A DNA stretch of 64,000 bases, taken from the NCBI GenBank assembly GCA_002269645.1, contig NIVC01000105.1, positions 163,992 through 227,991 on the forward strand, in the 5' to 3' direction. Position 1 is the first letter of the stretch; each line of letters starts with the position of its first letter. The notes under the pieces were generated by a model. It saw nothing but the letters and a program-made list of their open reading frames with translations. It did no database searches and was not told the origin of the DNA. This document shows positions 41,472 to 53,900 of this stretch, in pieces. A program made the translations under genes and the position numbers. The stretch comes from Macrostomum lignano. Lineage: Eukaryota.

Positions 41472-41552
41472 GTCTATCTATCTATCTATCTGTCTATCTA
41501 TCTACCTATCTATTTATCTATTTATCTATCTATCTATCTATCTATCTATCTG

Positions 41553-41592
<40 letters not shown>

Positions 41593-41668
41593 CCTATCTA
41601 TTTATGTATCTATCTATCTATCTGTCTATCTATCTATCTGTCTATCTGTCTAACTATCTATCTATCTG

Positions 41669-41705
<37 letters not shown>

Positions 41706-41728
41706 TTATGTATCTATCTATATATCTG

Positions 41729-41771
<43 letters not shown>

Positions 41772-41792
41772 GTCTATCTATCTGTCTATCTG

Positions 41793-41861
<69 letters not shown>

Positions 41862-41907
41862 GTATCTATCTATCTATCTGTCTATCTATCTATCTATCTA
41901 TCAATCA

Positions 41908-41945
<38 letters not shown>

Positions 41946-41960
41946 ATATCTGTCTATCTG

Positions 41961-42053
<93 letters not shown>

Positions 42054-42108
42054 GTATCTATCTATCTATCTGTCTATCTATCTATCTGTCTATCTATCTA
42101 TCTATCTG

Positions 42109-42144
<36 letters not shown>

Positions 42145-42220
42145 CCTATCTATTTATGTATCTATCTATCTATCTGTCTATCTATCTATCTGTCTATCTG
42201 TCTAACTATCTATCTATCTG

Positions 42221-42261
<41 letters not shown>

Positions 42262-42284
42262 TTATGTATCTATCTATCTATCTG

Positions 42285-42335
<51 letters not shown>

Positions 42336-42576
42336 GTCTATCTGTCTATCTATCTATCTATCTGTCTATCTGTCTATCTATCTATCTATGTATCTATCTA
42401 TCTATCTGTCTATCTATCTATCTGTCTATCTATCTATCTATCTGTCTATCTATCTATCTATCTATCTATGTATCTATCTATCTATCTGTCTATCTATCTA
42501 TCTGTCTATCTGTCTATCTATCTATCTATCTGTCTATCTATCTATCCATATGTCTATTTATGTATCTATCTAACTC

Positions 42577-42623
<47 letters not shown>

Positions 42624-42644
42624 GTCTATCTATCTGTCTATCTG

Positions 42645-42689
<45 letters not shown>

Positions 42690-42752
42690 GTATCTATCTA
42701 TCTATCTGTCTATCTATCTATCTGTCTATCTATCTATCTATCTATCTATCTG

Positions 42753-42789
<37 letters not shown>

Positions 42790-42896
42790 GTATCTATCTA
42801 TCTATCTGTCTATCTATCTATCTGTCTATCTGTCTATCTATCTATCTATCTGTCTATCTATCTATCCATATGTCTATTTATGTATCTATCTAACTC

Positions 42897-42951
<55 letters not shown>

Positions 42952-43070
42952 GTCTATCTATCTATCTGTCTATCTGTCTATCTATCTATCTATCTGTCTG
43001 TCTATCTATCTATCTATCTCTCTATCTATCTGTCTATTTATGTATCTATCTATTTATCTATTTGCATATC
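41400..43070. repeat. (TATC)n microsatellite with TGTC/TATG variants, ~1.67 kb
   Basis: GATA repeat on the minus strand; source of all LSIY ORFs here. Confidence 0.99.
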
Positions 43071-44304
43071 TATACATTTATCTAAAAGTAAAAAAAATTG
43101 AAGCAGTTTGCAATGAACTTCACAACCTTTTAGATGCAGACGGGTGAATAACAGAGTGCTAACAAAACGTACTTAGCAGCGCTTCTGTTTAAAAGCTTAA
43201 TTAAATTGTCGAAGAGATGCTATTGTATCTTTTTTGTGAAATAACACGCGATGGTCAGAAGAGAGTAATTTACCTGAATCTCAGAGCATGTGCAACACCT
43301 GAAGGTTTTTAGTAATTATCGCACAACTGATGTGTCATAATTGCATGTATGAATCAGGCTCAGTACAGGGTAAAAGTAAAAGTACAAAAGTAAAAGTAAA
43401 TAAAATAAAAAGTACAAAGTACAAGGAATACCACGAGACAGTGGCAGCTCCAGAACAGCCTGTCTCCTAATGGGCGCCCCTGTCTCTTAATGGGCGCCCC
43501 TGTCTCTTAATGGGCGCCTCTGGTCTCTTGGTGGGCGCCTAAAACTACGGTTTTGTTAACTCTCAACTCAATGCTCTGTTTTAAAATACAACATCCTTAA
43601 TAGCAAGCGTATTTCGAATAATATATTAAGCCTTTGGCTTCAATAAAAAAATAACAAAGAAGTCAAATAAATGAAGCAAAATTAATTTTGAAAATTTGTA
43701 AACTCACTGTCGACAGGGTTGCCGAAGATTTTGTTATAAAATTTTTATTAGTATTTTTCAGACGGACAATAGCAGTACAGCCGCAAGTGTAATTTGCCAT
43801 AGAGTCTACTTATAGTAAGTAGGTACGCAGTTGAATGAAGATAAGAGTTTAATTTAAAGAAAATTCCCACACACGATTCAACATGTACAGAAAATAGGAT
43901 AAATTTATTAAATAAAAACTTGCAATCAGACACTGTAGCATAATGATACAATACTTACGGACTAAAATCAGATTTTAACAAATGGTAGAGAGTGCATAAA
44001 TGACGTTCATTTAATAACTCGAATAAAAATGAACTTGGAGAACACATATGAAATATATAAAAAACACATGGCCATGCTAGATAGGCTACCGTAATAAAGC
44101 AAGGTATGTTTAAAGTAGGAATGTTATCGATTTCTGATCAAATTCTCACAATTTAGTATGATTTTACCGCAACAGTGTAAATTTAAGATAAAAATTTTAA
44201 TTTGTATATTATACCAATTAATATTTAAACAAAGACAAACACGGAATGCATAAATTATAGTTAAGACTACCTTGTAGATTTTTTGCAACGTTTATGGCCC
44301 AAAG

Positions 44305-44850
44305 ACAATCGGGTGTTCGGGTCTGAGGTGTCTATGGCCAAAAGACACAAACTTGGGTGTTAGGGTTTGAAGGGTCTATGGCCAAAAGACACAAACCCTC
44401 GGGTGTTCGGGGTCTGAGGTGTCTATGGCCAAAAGACACAAACTCGGGTGTTAGGGTTTGAAGGGTCTATGGCCAAAAGACACAAACCCTCGGGTGTTCG
44501 GGGTCTGAGGTGTCTATGGCCAAAAGACACAAACTCGGGTGTTAGGGTTTGAAGGGTCTATGGCCAAAAGACACAAACCCTCGGGTGTTCGAGGTCTGAG
44601 GTGTCTATGGCCAAAGACACAAACTCAGGCATTCGGGTTTGAAGTGTCTATGGTCAAAAGACACAAACACGGGTGTTAGGGTTTGAAGTGTCTATGGCCA
44701 AAAGACACAAACCCTCGGGCATTCGGGTCTGAGTTGTCTATGGCCAAAAGACACAAACTCGGGTGTTAGGGTCTAAGATGTCTATGGGCAAAAAACGTAT
44801 TCGGTGTAGGGGTCTGGGGTGTCAGGTGTCTATGGCCAAAAGACACCCTC
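44305..44850. repeat. ~42-45-bp alternating minisatellite with core GTGTCTATGGCCAAAAGACAC
   Basis: About 12 copies of two alternating subtypes; each core is a 6-bp hairpin GTGTCT..AGACAC. Confidence 0.9.
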
Positions 44851-44970
44851 AATCTGTTGGAGTGGAGGTGTTGGCTTCTCTTGCATCGTTAATGACTCCC
44901 CCTAGTAGATGCACTGTCAATAACTTGATTTACACTTACTACAGCAATAAAACTGTCAAAAAACCACAAT

Positions 44971-47050
44971 TTATCTCAGCAGAGCCAGCACCAGAAGCAG
45001 CAGCCCAGTCAGGCACAGGGTAGACGCGGACGCAGCCAAAGATTTAGAGCTGTTGCATCCATCTTTATCCGAACAATAGCAAGTCTCTCTATAGACTCCC
45101 ATATCAACGAATCTGTAATTGCAGCCCCAGGCAATTCGCTCCGGTCGAGAGCCGCATCTTCGTGTAACCTTAATCCAAGAATGCCAACCAGTGCTTTCCT
45201 GATAGATTTTCACACAGAAAGTGCCGGGCACGCGAGCCTGAAAGCTGGTGCAGTCGATCAGAGCGTTGGTGCGCTGATCGAAATAGCGACTGTCGGGACA
45301 AGAGCTGTCTTCTTGGCTGTCGCATTGATAGCACATGATGGCCGAGCTGTGGTCTGTGGCGAATTTGGAAAGAGAGCTTACGTTTATTTATGTGTCAGAT
45401 ATAATGCAGTTTGCTAAATAAATATTGAACAGATTTCTATCTGAGACGTCTATGGCCCACAAACAACCCTGGATGTTGGTTGGAGTGACGTGTCTAAGAT
45501 GTCTATGATCCAAAGACCCCCCTGGATGTTGGTTGAAGTAAAGTGTCTTGATGTCTATGGCCCAAAGACACTACTGGATGTTGGTTGAAGTAGTGTCTGT
45601 GATTTCTACGGCCCAAAGACACTACTGGATGTTGGTTGAAGTAAAGTGTCTGTGATGTCTATGGCCGAAAGACACTCCTGTATGCTGGAGTGAATTAAAG
45701 TGTCTGTGACGTCTATAGCTCAAAGACACTTCTGAATGTTGGTTGAAGTAAAGTTTCCATGATGTCGAAAGCCTAAAGACTCCCCTGGGTGTTAGATTGA
45801 AGTGTCTGAGATGTCTATGGCCCAAAGACAACGTCTGGATGTAGAAGGTTTCTAAGATATCTATGGCATAAATAAACCCCTGAATATTGGTTGAATTAAA
45901 ATGTCTCAGAAATCTAAAGCCCAAAGACACCCTAGATGTTGGTTGGAGCGAAGTGTCTCAGATGACTATGGTCCAAAGACACTCCTAGATGTTGGAATGA
46001 AGTTTCTGAAATGTCTATAGCCCAAAGACACTAGCTCTACTAGATGTTGGAGAGAAGGATTTAAGATGTTTATGGCTCAAAGACATCCCTAGATATTGGT
46101 TGGAAAAGTGTCTAAGATGTCTATAGACTAAAGAGACCCTTGGATATTGGAGTAAAGTGTCTGCAATGTCTATTGTCCAAAGACACCCCTAAATGTTAGT
46201 TAAAATAAGTGTCTAAGATTTCTTTGGCCTAAAAACAATCAAAAGTTTCACATTACAATAAGCTTTGAACTATTATGAACAATGAGATCTCAAATAACAA
46301 AAAGACAAGACTAGTATTTAAGTTCTTTATGTTTATTAGCTAACATTATCTACTAAGATAAACTAAGCTAAATTAAACACATTCAAATTTATATTTAACT
46401 ATAAAACTTTTAATTAAAAGTAGATAAAAAGATAGTATACAATGTTTTAATGTAATATTATTGGCTAATTAAAGTAGATAGCCTATTGACCATACAATAA
46501 AAGTTCAAATGATCAAATAGCCTCTGGATAGAATAAAAAAATTGAACAATACTTAGCATTTAATCTTTTCTCTAAGATCATTATATCTATAATAAATATG
46601 CAATGCAATGTGTCAATGGGCATAGCCAAATTCTATAATTTGATCTACTAGACCATTTATATAGTTATTGTCATCATAACTCTACAACTAAGTAAATAGG
46701 CTATCAAGTAGAATTTGTTATATTAAATTGGTTATTATATAAAAAATCTACTATACTTGACTCCTGCTTGCTAATTTTAACTTGCAATTGCAATGATTGT
46801 AAATATGGTATCGATAGTAAATAAATCATGTGCCTTAGACTGGAGTATAAATAACTTGTTTCTTAATTGGATAAAAATTTGAAGACTAAATTCTTAAATT
46901 CGACCATTCTGAATTATCATAGAGTGAGACCATGTGGCACAATCATGGGTATAGTTTAAAAAGATTTCAGCAATAACTTCGTCTTTACTTACCGACTTGT
47001 ATTGCTAACAATAGCAACGCTAGAAGCGATGCATAGTAATAGAGAGCCAT
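44971..47050 (-). CDS. GPI-anchored Ly6/uPAR three-finger protein (quiver/sleepless-like), 146 aa; exons 47050-46993, 45353-44971
   Basis: Signal peptide MALYYYASLLALLLLAIQV G|gtaagt joins in phase to cacag|AC, giving DHSSA-IMCYQC...C...C...RRC...C...CYC..DGCN plus a hydrophobic C-terminal GPI signal. Confidence 0.9.
45440..46225. repeat. Degenerate ~43-46-bp minisatellite in the Ly6 intron (GATGTCTATGGCCCAAAGACAC...GATGTTGGTTG)
   Basis: About 17 diverged copies; same core as the 44305 array. Confidence 0.85.
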
Positions 47051-47986
47051 GGAGCTTATCAATTTTACTCGCAAAACATAAAACGTTAAATTTAAACACA
47101 ATCGAATCAATAGCAAATAGAGATTAATATATTGAATACAAATTTAAATAGTTCAAACTTAGGAAAAACTTACAAAAACAGTGATATTTAAATCGGAACA
47201 ATAGGAAGTACGCGGCATTTTTTGTCAGAGAGTATGTTAAGCTCTGTTTATTCCAAATCAAACCAATTAAAGATTTTTCTCTTTTAGAGTAGTTTATAAA
47301 CCACTGTTATGCAAAAAGTTTTTGTGCAAGTTTTACTTTGTTTAAAATGCTGCACAACCAACGCCGCACCATTTTGTCTTGAAAAATTCTAACTCTTTTG
47401 TGAAGCTTGACGCATTTTTGCACCTTTATCCTTTTTATTCTCCTATAATGTGAGAGCAGCGCAATTTATGTAATTATTTTTGTCGCGTTAATATACTAAT
47501 ATAAATTGTAAGGAACATAACAAGTTTCATGAATAATGAATATTGGCTTGCCATGATGCTTTTTATTCAATAACTATCCAGTTTATTTCAAAATGAAAAA
47601 TAGACTGTAATGTATTTTAATGTATTGCAAAAAAATTATTAGAATTCGAATTTTCAGTATTCTTTACCACCCTTAGATTTCCTCATTTTAAGACATTTTA
47701 CTTTCGTTCAAACATTCGTTAAATAGCAATTGCGATTTCATTTGAATAAAGTTTTCACAGCAGCACTGAGATCTAGCTCGTAAATCATACCTGAAATTTA
47801 AGACTTAGCAGGAAAATTAATTGGCATTGCCTTTGCAGGTTATAGGTCTTTCTTTAATTCTACTAAGGTTCTACTTTTTTCAGGATTAATTCAGTTTGCA
47901 GCTCAGCATTTTAGATATATAGTTATCAAACTTATTAATTAGAATGAAATACTTTCATACTCAATAATTTGTCATTTTCTGCAATC

Positions 47987-50900
47987 ATGGCTCACTTACT
48001 TGGCAGTGAATATTGTTTAAAAAGTCTTTCAAGCGACGCCCGCGACTTGCACAACGTACTGCAGGAGCTCATAGCCAAGGCCGGGCCTGTGCCTGTGATG
48101 TCATGGAAATTTCCTGACAAGAAAGCGTGCGATCTCGACATTCCCTACTTGCTTCAGCAGTATGCATTCTGTATGGACGAGCCAGAGGCTAATCAAGTGT
48201 CACACATAGTGCTGTTGGAGCTTGTTATTGACAGGTAATATATACTGTATGTAATATATAATATATAACACAGGTATTCACTTCAGGACACAGGTACTCA
48301 CTTCAGGACAAGGGTACTCACTTCAGGACACAGGTACTCAATTCAGGACACAGGTACTCACTTCAGGACACAGGTACTCAATTCAGGACACAGGTACTCA
48401 CTTCAGGACACAGGTATTCACTTCAGGACACAGGTATTCACTTCAGGACACAGGTATTCACTTCAGGACACAGGTATTCACTTCAGGACACAGGTATTCA
48501 CTTCAGGACAAGGGTACTCACTTCATGACAGGTATTCACTTCAGGACAAGGGTACTCACTTCAGGACACAGGTATTCACTTCAGGACAAGGGTACTCACT
48601 TCAAGACACAGGTACTCACTTCATGACAGGTATTCACTTCAGGACAAGGGTACTCACTTCAGGACACAGGTATTCACTTCAGGACAAGGGTACTCACTTC
48701 AGGACACAGGTACTCACTTCAGGACACAGGTATTCACTTCAGGACACAGGTATTCACTTCAGGACAAGGGTACTCACTTCAGGACACAGGTACTCACTTC
48801 AAGACACAGGTATTCACTTCAAGACACAGGTATTCACTTCAGGACACAGGTATTCACTTCAGGACACAGGTATTCACTTCAGGACAAGGGTACTCACTTC
48901 AGGACACAGGTACTCACTTCAAGACACAGGTATTCACTTCAAGACACAGGTATTCACTTCAGGACACAGGTATTCACTCCAGGACACAGGTATTCACTTC
49001 AGGACAAGGGTACTCACTTCAGGACACAGGTACTCACTTCAGGACACAGGTATTCACTTCAGGACACAGGTATTCACTTCAGGATAAGGGTACTCACTTC
49101 AAGACACAGGTACTCACTTCAGGATAAGGGTACTCACTTCAGGACACAGGTACTCAATTCAGGACACAGGTACTCACTTCAGGACACAGGTACTCAATTC
49201 AGGACACAGGTACTCACTTCAGGACACAGGTATTCACTTCAGGACACAGGTATTCACTTCAGGACACAGGTATTCACTTCAGGACACAGGTATTCACTTC
49301 AGGACACAGGTATTCACTTCAGGACAAGGGTACTCACTTCATGACAGGTATTCACTTCAGGACAAGGGTACTCACTTCAGGACACAGGTATTCACTTCAG
49401 GACAAGGGTACTCACTTCAAGACACAGGTACTCACTTCATGACAGGTATTCACTTCAGGACAAGGGTACTCACTTCAGGACACAGGTATTCACTTCAGGA
49501 CAAGGGTACTCACTTCAGGACACAGGTACTCACTTCAGGACACAGGTATTCACTTCAGGACACAGGTATTCACTTCAGGACAAGGGTACTCACTTCAGGA
49601 CACAGGTACTCACTTCAAGACACAGGTATTCACTTCAAGACACAGGTATTCACTTCAGGACAAGGGTACTCACTTCAGGACACAGGTACTCACTTCAAGA
49701 CACAGGTATTCACTTCAAGACACAGGTATTCACTTCAGGACACAGGTATTCACTTCAGGACACAGGTATTCACTTCAGGACAAGGGTACTCACTTCAGGA
49801 CACAGGTACTCACTTCAAGACACAGGTATTCACTTCAAGACACAGGTATTCACTTCAGGACACAGGTATTCACTTCAGGACACAGGTATTCACTTCAGGA
49901 CAAGGGTACTCACTTCAGGACACAGGTACTCACTTCAGGACACAGGTATTCACTTCAGGACACAGGTATTCACTTCAGGATAAGGGTACTCACTTCAAGA
50001 CACAGGTACTCACTTCAGGATAAGGGTACTCACTTCAGGACACAGGTACTCAATTCAGGACACAGGTACTCACTTCAGGACACAGGTACTCAATTCAGGA
50101 CACAGGTACTCACTTCAGGACACAGGTATTCACTTCAGGACACAGGTATTCACTTCAGGACACAGGTATTCACTTCAGGACACAGGTATTCACTTCAGGA
50201 CAAGGGTACTCACTTCAGGACACAGGTACTCACTTCAGGACACAGGTATTCACTTCAGGACACAGGTATTCACTTCAGGACACAGGTATTCACTTCAGGA
50301 CACAGGTATTCACTTCAGGACAAGGGTACTCACTTCAGGACACAGGTACTCACTTCAAGACACAGGTATTCACTTCAGGACACAGGTATTCACTTCAGGA
50401 CACAGGTATTCACTTCAGGACACAGGTATTCACTTCAGGACACAGGTATTCACTTCAGGACACAGGTATTCACTTCAGGACAAGGGTACTCACTTCAGGA
50501 CACAGGTACTCACTTCAGGACACAGGTATTCACTTCAGGACACAGGTATTCACTTCAGGACACAGGTATTCACTTCAGGACACAGGTATTCACTTCAGGA
50601 CAAGGGTACTCACTTCATGACAGGTATTCACTTCAGGACAAGGGTACTCACTTCAGGACACAGGTATTCACTTCAGGACAAGGGTACTCACTTCAAGACA
50701 CAGGTACTCACTTCATGACAGGTATTCACTTCAGGACAAGGGTACTCACTTCAGGACACAGGTATTCACTTCAGGACAAGGGTACTCACTTCAGGACACA
50801 GGTACTCACTTCAGGACACAGGTATTCACTTCAGGACACAGGTATTCACTTCAGGACAAGGGTACTCACTTCAGGACACAGGTACTCACTTCAAGACACA

Positions 50901-53900
50901 GGTATTCACTTCAAGACACAGGTATTCACTTCAGGACACAGGTATTCACTTCAGGACACAGGTATTCACTTCAGGACAAGGGTACTCACTTCAGGACACA
51001 GGTACTCACTTCAAGACACAGGTATTCACTTCAAGACACAGGTATTCACTTCAGGACACAGGTATTCACTTCAGGACAAGGGTACTCACTTCAGGACACA
51101 GGTACTCACTTCAGGACACAGGTATTCACTTCAGGACACAGGTATTCACTTCAGGATAAGGGTACTCACTTCAAGACACAGGTACTCACTTCAGGATAAG
51201 GGTACTCACTTCAGGACACAGGTACTCAATTCAGGACACAGGTACTCACTTCAGGACACAGGTACTCAATTCAGGACACAGGTACTCACTTCAGGACACA
51301 GGTATTCACTTCAGGACACAGGTATTCACTTCAGGACACAGGTATTCACTTCAGGACACAGGTATTCACTTCAGGACACAGGTATTCACTTCAGGACAAG
51401 GGTACTCACTTCATGACAGGTATTCACTTCAGGACAAGGTACTCACTTCAGGACACAGGTATTCACTTCAGGACAAGGGTACTCACTTCAAGACACAGGT
51501 ACTCACTTCATGACAGGTATTCACTTCAGGACAAGGGTACTCACTTCAGGACACAGGTATTCACTTCAGGACAAGGGTACTCACTTCAGGACACAGGTAC
51601 TCACTTCAGGACACAGGTATTCACTTCAGGACACAGGTATTCACTTCAGGACAAGGGTACTCACTTCAGGACACAGGTACTCACTTCAAGACACAGGTAT
51701 TCACTTCAAGACACAGGTATTCACTTCAGGATAAGGGTACTCACTTCAGGACACAGGTACTCACTTCAGGACACAGGTATTCACTTCAGGACACAGGTAT
51801 TCACTTCAGGACAAGGGTACTCACTTCAGGACACAGATACTCACTTCAGGACACATGTTTTCACTTCAGGACACATGTTTTCACTTCAGGACACAGGTAC
51901 TCACTTCAGGACAGGTACTCACTTCAAAACACAAGTTATCACTTCAGAGCACAGATTTTTAAATATTTTCTTATACGTTTGTATTTTTTTCAACGACAAG
52001 TCACAGTTTTATTTTAAATATAATTGGTTTAAATTAATTAAAACAGGTACAATCTACTGCTACAAGTGCTGTCCCAGTTTATCCTGACTCATCTCCCCGC
52101 TGAAGCCGGCCAATCGAGCGGCAGTCAGACTCACGCTGGAGGAAGCAGTCTTGGTTTGGCGGCAAAGAAATTCTGGAACCGGATGGGGCAAATGTCGCTG
52201 CTAGTTCGGCAACTAACAGATGAGGTGAATAGTTAATAACAAATCATATTTTTCTGGAATTCGCTAGCGATACTACTGTTAGTGACGTAAGCGAAAATTT
52301 ATTATCTAAAATGGGCGCTAATTTCAGTATAAAAAATGGTGTTAATTTTAGTATCAAAAGTGGCGCCAATTTCAGTATCAAACAATGACGCCCATTTCAA
52401 GATAAAAATAGCGCCAATTTCAGTATCAAAAGTGGCGCCAATTTCAGTTTCAAAAAGGTGCCAATTTCAGTATTAAAAAAGGCGGCGGCAATTTCAGTAT
52501 TATAAAATGGCGCCAATTTCAGTATCAAAAATGGCGCTAATTTCAATATTGAAAGGGCGCCAATTCGAATTTCATTTTTGTTTCTTTAACGCCACCATTG
52601 CTACTTACTGCTATGGTGTTAAATAGTAGTATGATTAGAACATTAAAAAATCTTTAAAAACATCAATTTTTGCAGGCTCGCCTAAGTGAACTCAGACAGC
52701 AACAACAGAAAGAAGAGGTCAGTCAAAATGTTGTCAAATCTAACAAAACAGACCAGAGTCCCATCAGATCAGCTGTTCCAAATTCGACTAAGTCCTGTCA
52801 GACTGTAGAAACAGCATTCGTACCCTGCGACAGTTGCTCTGAGGTGCAGCACGGGTTTTCCCGGATCAGCGCTCACCTGTCAGCTCTGTGCGAGAAGGAG
52901 CGACTGCCGTCGTCGCTGAGAATTTATCGAGCTCAGCTGCAGCAGGCGAATGGCGGCTTCGATGGCGATTGGCTCGCCGCCAGCGACCTGGTGCGCTGGA
53001 GCGTCGAGTTGGAAAAAGAGGCTAACAGGCTTGTGAAGCATTTCAATCAGGTGAGGGATCATTAGAATCACCTGTTAGATAAATATAATCACCTGTTAGA
53101 TCATTAGAATCACCTGTTAGATAAATATAATTACCTGTTAAATCATTAGAATCACCTGTTAGATAAATATAATCACCTGTTAGATAAATATAATCACCTG
53201 TTAGATCATTAGAATCACCTGTTAGATAAATAGAATCACCTGTTAGATAAATAGAATCACCTGTTAGATAAATAGAATCACCTGTTAGATAAATAGAATC
53301 ACCTGTTAGATAAATATAATCACCTGTTAGATCATTAGAATCACCTGTTAGATAAATAGAATCACCTGTTAGATAAATAGAATCACCTGTTAGATAAAAA
53401 GAATCACCTGTTAGATAAATAGAATCACCTGTTAGATCATTAGAATCACCTGTCAGATCATTTAGAATCACCTGTTAGATAAATAGAATCACCTGTTAGA
53501 TAAATAGAATCACCTGTTAGATAAATAGAATCACCTGTTAGATAAATAGAATCACCTGTTAGATAAATAGAATCACCTGTTAGATAATAGGAATCACCTG
53601 TTAGATAAATAGAATCACCTGTTAGATAATAGGAATCACCTGTTAGATAAATAGAATCACCTGTTAGATCATTAGAATCACCTGTTAGATCATTTAGAAT
53701 CACCTGTTAGATCATTTAGAATCACCTGTTAGATCATTTAGAATCACCTGTTAGATCATTTAGAATCACCTGTTAGATCATTAGAATCACCTGTTAGATC
53801 ATTAGAATCACCTGTTAGATAAATAGAATCACCTGTTAGATAAATAGAATCACCTGTTAGATAAATAGAATCACCTGTTAGATAAATAGAATCACCTGTT

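Noticed and set aside
48623-52087. [21 protein letters not shown]-type ORFs, and similar ORFs at 53-54, 58.5-60.3 and 61.1-62.3 kb
   Set aside because: They lie inside CCDC157 introns and are translations of 20/21-bp or GA repeats.
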